Assembly (NCBI GenBank): GCA_051047955.1
Contig: JBPGPT010000044.1
Span: 1-64,000 of the forward strand
Direction: 5' to 3'
DNA: 64,000 nucleotides
Source of the DNA: Cystobasidiomycetes sp. EMM_F5
Taxonomy: Eukaryota
The position numbers and the translations under genes were made by a program. Positions 23,183-37,131 of the stretch are shown here, in pieces. The notes below the pieces were generated by a model that was not told the origin of the DNA, made no database searches, and was given only the letters and a program-made list of their open reading frames with translations. How positions within the stretch are numbered: the first letter of the stretch is position 1; each line of letters starts with the position of its first letter.

Positions 23183-25927
23183 ATGCATTTCTTCATCGAT
23201 GAATTGGAGGTCGCTTTCCCGTACGATCTAGTGTATCCGGAGCAATACAGCTACATGTGCGACTTGAAGAGGACCCTCGATGTCGGCGGTCATTGCGTGT
23301 TAGAAATGCCGTCGGGCACTGGCAAGACGGTCTCTCTTCTCAGTCTCATCGTTGCGTATCAGCAGGCTTCGCCGGAACCACGAAAGCTCATTTACTGCTC
23401 GCGTACCGTCCCGGAAATCGAGAAAGCTTTGGCCGAATTGAAACGACTATGCGAGTATCGGAAGGACGAGAATCCCATCATGGGAATAGGCTTGACGTCT
23501 CGAAAGAATCTCTGCATCCATCCTCAAGTGGCCAAAGAGAAGAAGGGCAAAGCTGTCGATGCTAGATGTCGGGATTTGACAAATGCAGCCGTGTGCGAGC
23601 GAGGTAGAGCGGATCCAGGCAGCGTGGAACTATGCGACTTTCACGAAAAGTTGGGAGAGCGCGAACCTGGAGATTTGTTTCCTAGGAATATTTGGACTCT
23701 TGACGACATCAAACAGTACGGCATTCAGGAAGGCATCTGTCCATATTTTGCGGTTCGCCGCATGCTAGCGCATGCCGACATCGTAATCTACTCGTTCCAC
23801 TACCTTCTCGACCCGAAAGTCGCAGAGCAAGTATCTCGAGAGATGGATAAGAATTCCATCGTGGTATTTGACGAAGCTCATAACATAGACAACGTGTGCA
23901 TTGAATCGTTAAGCATCGATCTGACCCGTCCAATGTTGGAAAGCGCAGCGAGAAGCGTACAGAATATTAATGAACGGATAGAGGAGCAAGTCATTTCTCA
24001 GCCTCGTTTTCCTGACTGCCGCGCTAACGAAGCCGCTTTGTTTAACAGAGTCAAGAGAACCGATGCGACGAAGCTCCAAGATGAGTATCAGAAACTCGTA
24101 CAGGGTCTACAGGAGCAAGATCTGGCCAGAGATGAAGAACAATGGATGACGAATCCGGTCTTGCCAGAGGACATCTTAAAGGAAGCTATACCCGGCAACA
24201 TTCGTCGTGCCGAACATTTCACCGCTTTCCTAGCCCGCTTTGTGGAGTATCTGAAGACGCGGATGCGCGTATTGCACGTCGTTGCGGAGACACCAGCTTC
24301 TTTCCTTCAACATCTGAAAGAGCTTACTTTCATCGAGAAGAAGCCTCTCAAATTTTGCTCTGAGCGGCTGTCTTCTTTGGTGCGGACTCTGGAGATACCA
24401 AGACTAGATGAGTATTCTGCTCTGCAAAAAGTAGCAGCTTTCGCCACCTTAGTAGCAACATACGAGAAAGGTTAGACTTGACTAAATGCACTGGCAAAGT
24501 TTTCGGCTGAGAGTAGATTCCCCAGGCTTTCTCTTGATTTTGGAGCCTTTCGAAAGCGACATGGCCACAGTGCCCAACCCAATTTTTCATCTGACGTGTC
24601 TTGACGCATCTCTGGCGATCCAGCCAGTATTCGAGCGATTCAGCAGCGTCGTTATTACTTCTGGAACGATCTCGCCGCTGGATATGTATCCAAAGATGCT
24701 AGGATTCACCGCAACTGTCATGGAGTCGTATGCAATGACACTCACGCGAAACTGTTTCCTGCCGCTGGTCATCACACGGGGATCAGACCAAGTTCCAATC
24801 AGTTCAAGATTCGAAGTTCGCAACGAACCCGCTGTCGTCCGTAATTTTGGCACTATTTTGATAGAATACTGCAAGGCTGTACCGGATGGCATTGTGGCAT
24901 TCTTCCCAAGCTACCTGTACATGGAAAGTATCGTCGCGGCCTGGAACGAAATGGTGAGCACTTCGCAATTCACAGCTGGTTTGCGATTGCTCACCGTCTG
25001 AGAACTCAGGGTATATTGAACGATGTCTGGAAGCATAAGCTCATCTTTGTAGAAACTCCAGATGCGGCCGAGACAAGCATCGCACTGGAGAACTATCGAC
25101 GAGCATGCAACAACGGCCGAGGCGCAGTCTTACTCTCTGTCGCTCGAGGCAAAGTTTCCGAGGGCATCGACTTCGACCATAACTACGGCCGGGCTGTAAT
25201 CATGTTTGGCATCCCCTACCAGTATACGGAGTCGAGAATACTGAAGGTCAGGCCGAGTAGCAGTCGCCGTCGGCAGTAAGATACGTGCTGATTGCAGCTC
25301 GACAGGCTCGGCTCGAATATATGCGTGACAACTACCGCATTAGAGAAAACGACTATTTGACTTTTGATGCAATGAGGCACGCAGCTCAATGCGTTGGGCG
25401 TGTATTGCGGGGAAAGGTTAGGGTACGGGACACCGATATGCATGGCTCAGCTGACTCAAGTATCATTGTCGCCGCGTATTCAGACTGACTATGGATGCAT
25501 GGTCTTCGCTGACAAGGTGGGTAAAAGGTCTGACAACGACACATGCGCATTTGTTGACCTTGGTCTCACGCAACAGCGCTTTGCAAGATCGGACAAGCGG
25601 GCAAAATTGCCCAAGTGGATCAATCAATATATTGCCGACACTGCTACCAATCTGTCGACTGACATGGCTATAGTCATGACGAAACGCTTTCTTCGTTCAA
25701 TGGCACAGCCTTTCGAGCACGATCAGACCGGCGTGTCCATGTGGTCGTTGGAGCATATCGAGGCCCGCCAGAAGGCTGTGAGAGAAGCTGCGGAGGGCGG
25801 TCGAACGCTCGGAGGGGCAGACGAGGTCCGCAATCCTGTTGCAGACGCCGAAGCGGAAGGATGGTTTGAAGGGTTTGAAGACGAGGAAATTATGGCCATC
25901 GACGAAGCAACCAATGACCAGGTTTAG
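23183..25927 (+). CDS. RAD3: TFIIH DNA helicase XPD/Rad3
   Basis: [60 protein letters not shown]. Confidence 0.97.
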
Positions 25928-26166
25928 GTCAGACTTACTTTGGCTCAAAGCACTGTACTGCTCAACAAGTGTAGCATAGTGAAGGCGGTATGTTTGTCCT
26001 GGGGTCTCTACGGCCTAAACTACTTTCCGGCTCTTCCCGTCCGGTTCTTCCCTTCGGTCACGGCTAGCGGCGCCGAAGCCTTCCATAGATCAACGCGGTG
26101 CTTTCGACAGCCTCTGCGACCAATACGACCTTGCTTCTGCACACTACACACACATACGCTGCAAAC

Positions 26167-27598
26167 ATGGATACCTCTGTCCCGAATGGCCGCATCGTCA
26201 CACTGACCAGGTCGGTGGATTGGTATCCGGACCCCGCTGCATTTCATCCGGCTAATGGGAATGGCGCTACTGCAGTCATACTCTGCAAGAACAGCATGAG
26301 CTAGGACCTAATGCTACTGGAGATCTCACTGCTCTGCTCCAAGCCATCCAAACGACATGCAAGACTATTGCCATGAATGTGCGGAGAGCACGGCTGTTGA
26401 ATCTGTGAGCATTCGAACTCAAAAACACAACACTCTCCAGCGCGCCTGACCAGACCGCTCTCTCTCCCAGAATTGGCGCGGCTGGTACCGCCAACAAGAC
26501 TGGTGACGATCAGAAGAAGCTCGATATCCGTGAGGCCGTCTACAATGGGCTACAACCTAATGACAGGCTGCTGACGGTTTTCTGACTGCAGTCTCCAACG
26601 AAATCATGGTCAACACGTTAAAACTTTCTGGCAAGACTTGCGTGATGGTGTCTGAGGTGAGGGCCGCGTCGGTGCTTCTCGAAACATCAGTCTAATGTCA
26701 TATACAATTACAGGAAGATGAGGAGGCCATCATTGTCGAGGACATGTATCGAGGAAAGTACGCAGTCGTCTTTGATCCTCTGGATGGTTCTTCCAACATC
26801 GACGCCGGTGTGAATATGTGAGTAGATGTGGCTGCAGTAGCAACTCCGCATAGCCTGACCTGGCTGTAGTGGAACGATCTTCGGTGTCTACCTCGTCAAG
26901 GGCAAGGGCTCCGTCAACGATGTGCTCAAACCAGGAAGACAGATGGTCGCCGCTGGGTACTGCATGTATGGGTCGTCTTCCAATCTTGTAATCAGTACTG
27001 GAAATGGCGTCAACGGCTACACGCTTGACATCGTTTGTGAAGCTTTGTAGTCGTAACAGAGATTGTGATGCTGACATTTTGCAAAAATCTGCAGGGTATC
27101 GGCGAGTTTATCCTAACCCATCCAGACATCAAAATTCCATCTCGAGGCAAAATCTACTCTTGCAACGAAGGTAACTCTCTCTTCTTCCACGAACCTTGCA
27201 AAAAGTACTTGGAGAGCATCAAATGTGTGTCTATCAGCATCGGAATACCACAGTTTATACTAAAGATTCGTCAACGTACAGTCCCGAGCAATGGCAAGCC
27301 GTACTCCGCGAGATACATCGGATCCATGGTTGCGGATGTTCATCGAACGCTGCTCTACGGCGGCATCTTCTTGTACCCGGCGGACAAGAAGAGCAAGTCT
27401 GGCAAGTTGCGTCTCCTGTACGAAGGCTACCCGATGGCATATCTTACGGAGCAAGCGGGTGGCTTAGCAACCGATGGCAAGATTGCCGTGCTAGATATTG
27501 TCCCAACACAGATACATCAACGCACAGGCATCTTCCTTGGCAGCAAAGAAGACGTGGAAGATGTGATGGCATTCTACAAAGCTGAGGCCAGTGCTTAG
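26167..27598 (+). CDS. FBP1: Fructose-1,6-bisphosphatase
   Basis: [58 protein letters not shown]. Confidence 0.96.
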
Positions 27599-28518
27599 AC
27601 TCGAAGACTCGATATGTATCATTAGACTGCGATAAACGGTGTGGGCCGTTTTGCCTGTTACGCACAGAGAACAACACATAGTCAGCAGGCGGAATTGCAT
27701 TTGAGTTTGACAGAGTGAGGCATATCAGTGCTCCTTGAGGAGTCGCAAATTGGTGTTACTCTCGGCCAGAGACATCGCCAGCCTCGCGGGCCGACTACTG
27801 CACTTCGAGCGGATCCTGCTCGGAGCGTTACCACCGGTAGCGAACCCACTGTGCACGGCCGCTGTACCCATCCCGATCCTAGACGTAACCGGATACAGAT
27901 GTGATTCCGGCCGCTATGGGTACGAGAGGGCGCGTCCGGACCAAAGTCGCGAAACGCATGATGTCTCGTCATCATTTGCTTAGAGTTTCCTGTCTGGGAG
28001 TCCACTGCAGCATCCATGGTATCTTGGGAAGAGCAGCTCGGCCTTGTATTCCTGACGATGTTGAATGAGATTATTGATGCCCGCCTTTGCCAGAGCAGAA
28101 GCGTGAGTCTCTTGCTTCGCTGGCCTACTGGACTTGCGTCCAAAGGGCAACTTGTAGCTGTTGGCTCGGCCTTACGCCCGTTTGCAAATTAAATCGCATG
28201 CAACGGGTGAGTCTCGAGCAGCTTTAATAGTCTCCGTGCGCAGTGTATGTCGATGTTATCGCCAGAAGTAATTCGCTTCCTGGGGAATGCTACTTGGGTT
28301 CCGTCCGCTGACAGCGTTTCAGACACCTGCGAGTTCCGTATAGACGGCGGCTAGCGATGTCTCTTGCTCAAACCTTTTACTTGTGCATCACGGTAGGAGG
28401 ATGGTGGGACGAGGTATGAAGAGCCATACTCAACTCACCTTTACTACATTGCTCCGGCATTTCATGTCATCGGTCGTTGCGAGCAAGAAAGAGGGAAAGG
28501 CCTGCCAATTGTTATCAT

Positions 28519-31500
28519 CTACAAAACACCCTGAGAGTGCCTCTGAAAAGTATCATACAAACGAGTGAACGCTGAGCCTGCAGACGAGATGACAAGCCGA
28601 TCTACGAAATCGTCTACTTGCGTTGAATTCAAGTTTAGCTGGAAGCGGTCCCGCAGGTGCTGACTGGTGGCTTCCCCGCTGTTAAAGCAGGGGAGCTTGC
28701 TGCTTGTCTGCATCATCTCCACCATTGTAACGATGCGATCTGCGTGTCGTCTGATTTCGCGAAACTGTATACGCAGCAAGTTGCGAAACTCTTCCCACTT
28801 GGGGCTGCCCATTCCGCCAAGAATGTCAATGTAATCTTGAGTGAGCTTGAAAGGAGCCATCTCGAATCCGAGAGAGCCCGGCGAGTTGGACAGCATAAAA
28901 CCAAAGTCGATATGCATGACGTGCCCAGCCTTGTCGACCAGTATGTTGCCGTTATGTCGGTCTTTGATCTGCAACAAATAGCAAATAATGCTATAACTGG
29001 CCAGACTCTTGCAGAAAGCGTCTTGCGCTCTCCTGAAGGAAAGAGAAGTAGGCTCGCCGAAGTATTCCAAGAAATGGTCGTAGAGCGTAAAAGCCGGCAA
29101 ATATCCCGACGGGGCAGCTCCGTTGATTTGAGTGCCGGTAGCCATTTGAGATGTCATCTTGACGTACGCTTCCTTCTTAATGGAATGCACTGAAACAGCA
29201 TCGGTTATGGTTTCAAGCAGCCCCGTACTTTCGGAAGTGACGAGAATGCGAAAGCTGCCAGGCATGGATACGTGATTAGCGAAGCTCCGCGACGTCTACC
29301 ACTACCGCTCACTATCTTATCCAATGTGGGCATTTCGTTTCCGTCCAGACTCTGCCGAACTCCTTGATGATCTGAACAGCAAGCTGTTCTTGACGGAGAT
29401 CAGCGCCGGTCTTGACTATAACGCTCAATACATCCCAGGATGCCAGATGCCCATAGGGTGACGCTGCTCGGATGCGAGACTTTTTATCCGCCCAGCTCTC
29501 CTGAAATACGGCACCGGACGGATCCTCCTTGTTGACTGCGCGCATTACTATGCTTTTCTCTTCCTTACTGGACTCCTGCATCGCACCGTAATGAGCTTCC
29601 TTACGTTGATCTCGCCCACTGTTGAAACGATAGCGAGAGCTCGCCACCCGCACGCGAGCCATTCTCTCTTCTTCCAAGCCCATCATTTCATTCATGATGC
29701 GTTCGCGGATTGCAGCCGCCTCTTGTGGACTCAGTACCCGAGGTCTCTGATGCGGCAACAGACTGCTGCTACTAGGCGACATGTTGCTGCTTGATGCCAC
29801 TGCATTTTGCCGATCTCCGAGAGAAGCGGGCACTGCAGTCAAAGTCGACCCACTAGAAACAGTGGGATCCGTCATTGCGTAAGTACCGCTAGCAGCTGTC
29901 GTCAAATCGAGATCGGTGCTAACGCCCGAAGACGCCTGCTCGGAGGATGATTTTGAAATGGCTTCTGCGATAGAGCTAGCTGTGTCTCGGCGTCCGCCTC
30001 CGAAACTGGAACGCATTGCATCCATGCCGACACCCATGACAGATCCAACGAGGGAACCGACACCGTAAGTAATATTCAGTGGTAATGCGAGGCCAGCTCC
30101 AACAACTCCTGTGACGACTTCGGTGCTGCTACTGGGGAGCTGCTGTGAGGCTGTCAACTGAGCAAGCATGATTGCTGCCATACGCATGCGTTCTGCATAC
30201 TCGTCCACAGTCAGCGCTTTACTTGATGAATTGCTAGAAGCCGAATTTGTTGATTTCGATTGTCCCAATGCTGCTGTCAAGGTCTGTCCAGATGCTAAAT
30301 TGAATGACTTTCGTGCTTCCGCTCTCCTCCAGGCAGCTTCATCCTCGTCCCGGTTATGAATTTGCTGGTGATAATCTGGCAAAGCGATAGCATTGGCGTC
30401 GTGTATGCTTAGATCACCATATAACTGTTCGACAAGATCGACTTCCTCCTTTGCGGCGGAAGCTTGAGGCTGATTAGAATCTGTTGCTGTGAAAAATACT
30501 GCAGAACTATCGCCAATCTCGGATACTCCGTTAGGTATCCGAAAATGTCCATTGAGTTCGCGAGTCGGCGGGTCGGTGATCGGAGTTGTTGGCGTAAGGG
30601 ACGGAGAGGTACCGAGCCGTCCGTATTCAGGAGCAGGTGGTATACCCGGACTGCGAGACCTTACGAGATCAGACTGGCCTTGAGCTATGGCTTCACTCCT
30701 ATTACGCGGTTTTCCATCACGTTCGCTCAGCACAGATCTGACATCTTCTGCATTCTGCCGCCTTGACGGGTCGAAATCAAGATCGTCTTCGAGTATCTCG
30801 ACGTGAATCAAAAAAGGTGCACGATCTGCAGAGTTGAGGACGACCGATTCCGACGGGGAAATTCGAACTATGCGATGATGCGGATGAGAGCGGTGCTTGT
30901 CTGATTGTGCCGTAAAGATTGTTTCGGAGTCGATCCTTAGAGAGGCGTTTGCCGTATGCGCGACACCACCACCTCCCAGGCCCGAACAGGCCATGTTCAG
31001 GCAGCAACCTCGCGGTAGTCCGTGATTCAGCATAGTCAGCTCCGCCCTAAGAGCAGACAGTCTTGCCATTTTCGGTACGGCAACCAAGCGAGTTGCGATA
31101 TCTTGCAAGCCCGTGAGAAGATCGAGTTGAGAGCGACAAGCGTAGGAACGCAGCATAGTTGACAGTACTTTTGGAGGTATGCTGTGGGAGTATTGATGGC
31201 CGGATTGTAAGGCTGATGTGGAAGCAGCATAGGGATGGTTGAGGGAAGGGCTAGATCGAGCATTGCGAGCGTTATTAAGGGACAGACGCGTCGAAGCATC
31301 TGGAGAGTGATATGGTAGGGTGCCGATCGGCGGCGTTCGAACAAGCGGCCTATCGATGTATCGGTCTTTTGGCGTTGGCGAGCTGAATGTCACCTTAGCA
31401 TCTCGTGCAATATTTATGTCATCAATATCCGTTGCGGTCGCTTGTACTTGAGCGGATGTATTCGCTGTCGGAGATGGCAGACAAGTCATGCTGTACGAGT

Positions 31501-32638
31501 GGCCGACCTTGTGCAACTTGGCTAGATCTGTACTTTTTCGCCCTGTCGGATTGGAAGAATTCCGTTGTCGCGATCGGTTGTACGAGGCAGCAGACAGAGG
31601 AGTACGTGGAGACATGACGTAGCTATCAGTTGCGCGAAGAAGGGGGGCGCCAGGAATATATGAAGGATCAGACTGTGATTTATTGGAGATGGTTTTAGAG
31701 CGGTTGAGGCGACCAGGTTTCGATGGTGATGCGGTAGGTGACGTTGGTGCTGCGAGGTCGCTAGAAGATGCACGAGCGTGGCGCTGACTTCGCCTCAACG
31801 CTGTAGATCCATTTGTATGGCTAGTACTAGCTTGAGGTTGCACAGTAGGGTGATCGTCCTCGCTCTCGCTATTGTCGTAGCCCAGATCTGGAGTATTGAC
31901 GGGACTCTGTACCGCATTTCCACCCGTTGGCCCAGTCAATCGGCTCCGCTTTCCCTCCTCAACGGCGACCTTGCCGACCGACGATGATAAGTGTGGCATC
32001 GACACTGCGGCTAGTAACACCGCCAGTCCAGCTACCACCGCTTGGACAGCCCCTTGACCAGGAGAGAGGTGTTGGCGAGCTGACTGTGCATCGGCTGTAG
32101 ATTCCAAGACTGCGTCGCTAAAGATGATGTGCTGAACGCGATTGTATACGCGCCGGCATACAGCGAATTGAGGAGTGGACGGGTTGCTCGACAAGTCTGT
32201 GAGAGATGCTTGCAGTTGCCAGAGGGTCTGTCGGCAGAAACTCGAGCGGATTAGATTGACAACAGTGCACTGACCGGCGAAGCCCTACCAGCATAGCCAG
32301 ATGAAGGGACTCGTCGCACTTCTTCACCACAAAGCCCTCCAGTGCCCCACTATCGCCTACAGACGTGATCAGGAGATGGCACAGCTGCGGCCAGTAGAAC
32401 TCGACCTCTTGCTCTGGGAATTGTGCCAGACGCGCGACGAGGTAGTATGTGATGCCGATGGAATGGGAGAACAGCTTGAGACTGGAAATGATATGACACA
32501 AAGCCAGTAAGAGGTGTGCAGTTACTCTACACAACTGCGCACTCACTAGGACACGGCGCGGTGCACGTTGAAGTCGTCTCGGCTGCAGACCTCGAGAAGC
32601 TGCGAGGGCGACATTGCCGGCAGAGGCAGCGATGGCAT
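28519..32638 (-). CDS. PIK1: Phosphatidylinositol 4-kinase type III beta
   Basis: EFYWPQLCHLL N-terminal helical region, LNSADRAPF, IVKTGADLRQEQLA, KDRHNGNIL, HIDFGF, FEMAPFKLT. Confidence 0.95.
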
Positions 32639-33002
32639 GGTGAGAGTGGTAGCGTATGGTGTGTATGATGGTCTATTGTGATGTCCTGCAGTGCCGTGGT
32701 TGCTGCATAGTCTGACTTTGTGCACTCTTTCGACGATTAAAGTGTCGCGTCGAGCTGCAGACGTCCAATAGCTTTGTACTTGTGCGTGCACAGTCTGCTT
32801 GGACAGCAACTACATGCAGATGTGCAGAATGTCGTGCGATGAGCGATAGATGGTTATGACATGGTTTGCAGGAAGCGAGAGACAGCTTTGAACTGGAAGA
32901 TGGACTCGTTTCAACGCCGAGCAATTCACATAAAACATTGGTCAACGTGATCCCTACTGCTGATTACTACCGACTGATCCACTAACACTCACTCTACGCA
33001 CC

Positions 33003-34800
33003 ATGTCGTCGCGGCCGGTGTGGATTCCGGCTTTCAACAATGGACAATTACACTGCTGCCATCTTACTCTAAGATACGGTCGTGCTCGCAAACGCAAGAA
33101 TCTGCAGTCGTCAGTAATTCTGACTGCCATCCAGTCGTCCGATACATGTACAGCAGAGGGGCAATGCTCGCCAGTCCTATTGACATGGAGTGGACCAAAT
33201 GATGAGAGAAGGCCTCGCAACTGGCCAAGCTGCCGAAAATGGATTATAAGTGTCCTGGGATTTTGTTTCACTGGGTAAAGAAGGCATTTCCAGCTTTGCA
33301 GCCTGTAGTAGCTGATTGCCGTTCGCCGACGTCTACAGTCTAGCCTCCATCTCCGTCTCTAGCTATTCAATCACAGCGTCCGTCATTCAACAAGAGTTTC
33401 ACTGCTCTAGGTTACTAGCACTCGCGGGACTCAGCATATACACAGTCATGTTTGGTGTGGCCCCCATGCTGCTCGCACCACTGAGCGAGCTGTACGGGAG
33501 AAGAATTGTGTACATCGCGTCAGTCTTGGTGTACACCATCTTTCAGATCCCACAAGCTGCTGCATCAAACATTGCTACACTGCTCGTGGGCAGATTCTTC
33601 TCTGCCATCGGCGGATCGACTGGCATATCGCTTATTGTGCGCGCAAATCATCGAAAACCAAGCTATGGCTAATTTCGGCTGCTGTCAGGGAGGGACCCTC
33701 AGTGATCTCTTCGACGACCATCATCGCGGGCTTCCCATGTTGATGTTCGCCTTCTCCGCTTTCGCTCCTACCGCCCTCGGGCCAATCTGTTTTGGCTACG
33801 TTGGCATGCTGGAAGGCTTCAGACTTGCTGCCTGGATTCAGTTCGGCCTGGCAGGGCTATTGTCCATTGCCATCTGCCTTCTGCAAGGCGAAACGCGAGA
33901 AGATGTGATCTTGTCAAAGCTTGCCCCTAAATTGACTCGCGAAAGTGGTCGTCCGCATTGCGCTACTGCCGAATCGAAGAAGTCAAGGACTGTTGGACAG
34001 ATCCTTCAGACGACCCTTGGTAGACCTTTCCGACTTTTGGCCTTTGAGCCGATCCTGCAAGCTTGGACTCTATACGTATCTTTTGCATGTGAGCACTTTC
34101 GAGAGAAAAAAAGTCACAGAGGCTGTTTAACCCTACCGTACAGGGGGCGTCTTGTACCTGTTACTCTTGTCAATCCCCATTATCTACACCGACATCTACA
34201 AGTTCAATCTTGGCGAGGTTGGCCTGGTTTACATTACCCAAATTATCGGTGCGACACTCGCACTGCCGCTATCTTTGCACTGTGACCGTTTGTATCGTAA
34301 ACACGTGCGATCTCATGGTCCGGAAGCTCGCATGTTTGCAGGAATGGCTGGTGGGCTTCTGTTGGCGCTTGGAGCATGGCAGTCGACCTGGACTGCAGCA
34401 TCTTCCGTCCACTGGACCGTTCCGCTAGTTGGCATAACATTTGTCTATTGTGGCCTAATGCAAATCTATCTGACAGCTTTTAGCTACGTGACCGATGTGT
34501 ATGCGCAGTACGCAGCAAGCGCACTCGCCGCAAGTAAGAAGGTCGCCGCCGCAACCCACCTGTATTGTATGGCTAATAGATTTTGCACCAGTGAATCTGG
34601 GGAGAAACACGGCAGCAGCAGCCGTTCCACTGTTTGGTAACCAGACGTATGAAGCCTTAGGAATACATGGCGCGGGAAGCCTGGTAGCTGGCCTCGCTAC
34701 CTTGCTCGCTCTCATCCCCTTCGTTATATACACCTTCGGCTCACGCTTGCGAACGCGTTCGGCATTCGCGATGAGTATGCAAAACGGCTTGGGAACGTAA
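33003..34800 (+). CDS. MFS drug:H+ antiporter (DHA1) transporter; start approximate
   Basis: W.GPND..RPRNWP..RKW, APLSELYGRR, GGTLSDLF, GETREDVIL, RPFRLLAFEPI, YAASALA. Confidence 0.9.
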
Positions 34801-34871
34801 CGCGTATGATAAGAGAAACGGATTGGAACCCTTTGTGAAAGCGACAACGGGGTTACAATAGCTTTTACATA

Positions 34872-34939
34872 ACGATTTACTGGTATGTTTGATCAGTGCT
34901 TTTCAATGACGATTTACTGGTATGTTTGATCAGTGCTTT
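34872..34939. repeat. Perfect 31-bp direct repeat x2, period 37
   Basis: acgatttactggtatgtttgatcagtgcttt at 34872-34902 and 34909-34939. Confidence 0.95.
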
Positions 34940-36693
34940 ATAACACGCAAGTAAAGGAAGTCGCGCTATTGGGGTCTCCATTACCGTTGTAGCGAGCCCA
35001 CTTGGGATATTGGCAAATCGGACGCTGGTAACCCACGCCCAGATCAGCGCGATTATTGCGGTAGGAAGTGCCAATGAAGCTATCGGGAGCGGTGCCATTC
35101 TCGAACCAGTTGAGTGCGCCAAAAATCATGTTATTCTGCGGGGACTGGCTAACAGGGCGCGACGTCGCAGAGTATGAGCTTGGCTGGCCGATATTGTTTG
35201 GCCCATTTCCACCTGCGCAATGTCCCATCCCGGGGACAATGAATAGTCGAAGATAATCACTGAGCGTCTTGTTTGAATTGGTGCTCATGAATGTATCCAC
35301 CGTGTTGACCCAATCGATGCTGGCATATGGCGAAACTGCACAAGAAAAGCAAGAAGTGTCAAGTGAGATGGCAATCCACTGTAAAGGCGACGTACTGTAC
35401 TTGTCTTGCCAGCCGACATACTGTACGACCTTGCCTCCCTTATTGACATATTCCGTGATGTTGGGATTCGTTGCCTGCGAATCGCTCAGCCTTCTAGTCT
35501 CTTCGACTGCAAATATAGGCTCTTACGCTGTTCGTCGTTCCCACACCTTGAACGCCACTAATAACGTATTGATATGAGATCTGATCGACCGTCCAGCTAG
35601 AGGAATTGGCGACTAGCCACCTGAAGAAGTCCCCATCTTGTCCATACTGTCCACCATCCGGTAGCAAGTTTCCCGTCACGAAACCAAGTTCTCCGCCATA
35701 CGGGAATCCAGCGTAGACAAATGTGTCATTGACGTCCACCCACGGCTCGTAGACATATCGCAAGGTGTTGAGTTGCGCAAATGTCAGGCAATTTGCGGTC
35801 CCGTTTGCCGATACTGGCTCTTGTCCTGGCTTGCAAGCAATCGCTTGAGGACGAAAGCGACATAGGTCCGGGTTGGAAAGAACTCCATCCGCTAGGCCAT
35901 CCAGAGCATCACATTGTCGCAAAACTTCAGTGTTGACGAGTGCCCATGTCGAATTTGAGAACCACGTCGTGCCATTCACCGGGAGAACTCGTTGGTTGAC
36001 CCACAGGGCACTTGCAGACTGTCTCACGTCGTCCAGGCCAGGGCTGCCGACGAGTACGACGTCGTAGTCATATGGATATCGTTGTACTGCCATCCAGCCT
36101 TGACGGCCTCCAGCACTGCAAGATCCGTAGATCGATGTGAAGTTCTGGCCGTAATAGTTGGATATGACGGTTTTTGCGATGACTGTGCCATAATGCATGG
36201 CTCGGTATCCCAGATCAATGACTGCTCCGGTATTATTTTGCGCCCATGCTGCAGAAGAGCCGTTGCTTGAATGTCCCGCATTGGTGGCATGACCGGCAAA
36301 TCCTTGATTCACTACCCCGTATCCGAGTGTACCCCAATCAATTCCACCTCCACTCGCACCATTTCCGACGAACCAAGTTCGCTTGTTCCACGCCGATGAA
36401 TCAGGCAGCCATATCTCACTCTTCGCTTGCGAACCCGGGAAGGTAGAGACGTTTATTTGCAGTCTGCAAAAGGCGGAGATGTTGGTCGTGGCCAATGCAG
36501 TATTTACATCACTGAAGTTAATGGCAGCATTGGCGGGATAATACGTTGCGCTGACAAGGGCTCCTGCGATGCCTTCTGGAAAAGACGTAGGAAAGGTGAA
36601 AGATGTGCATTTTGTAGCTGGATCGGTAGTGTTCTGAGCAAGCGAGAACGGAAGAAGGGCGAGGGTGGCAAACACCGCAGCAGAGAGGTACAT
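34938..36693 (-). CDS. Secreted tannase/feruloyl esterase (second paralogue)
   Basis: Signal peptide, EIWLPD, VGNGASGG, GSCSAGGRQG, QCDALDGLADG, LFIVPGMGHCAGG, WFENGTAP, CQYPKWA. Confidence 0.92.
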
Positions 36694-37131
36694 TGTCGCA
36701 GCGTGACTACTCTGTGCAGCCTAACCACTCAAATGGTGCGACAGCTTGTAGCAGGCTGTCAGAAGGTGAAGATCCAAAGACTGTGTCAGCGATAGCCCAA
36801 GATGCAAACACCGGTAGTCCAGACAATTTACGACTGCCGGAAGAACATACAATTAGCTTTTCTTCGTTAGTATGAGTTCTGCCAAGTCTTCCTCGTGCGT
36901 ACAAGCTGGCGCCCCGCTTGCGAATCTATTCATCCGCATTTCGGCATTGAGATGATGTTTCGGCATTGGCATTTGAGGGATTGAGGGATACCCGGCGTCA
37001 TGAGCGAGGACATACTGCTACTACTGTGAGCTGTGTCGCAGAACGTGGTATCCTATGAGCAGCGTCTGGCCTTGTGAAGCCGTGCCATGAAAGAAGATGT
37101 GTAACTAAGTGAGAGAGCTCTTAGACTCAGA

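Noticed and set aside
27682..28500. 153-aa ORF or ncRNA between FBP1 and PIK1
   Set aside because: No family motifs, non-ATG start, no recognisable RNA gene structure
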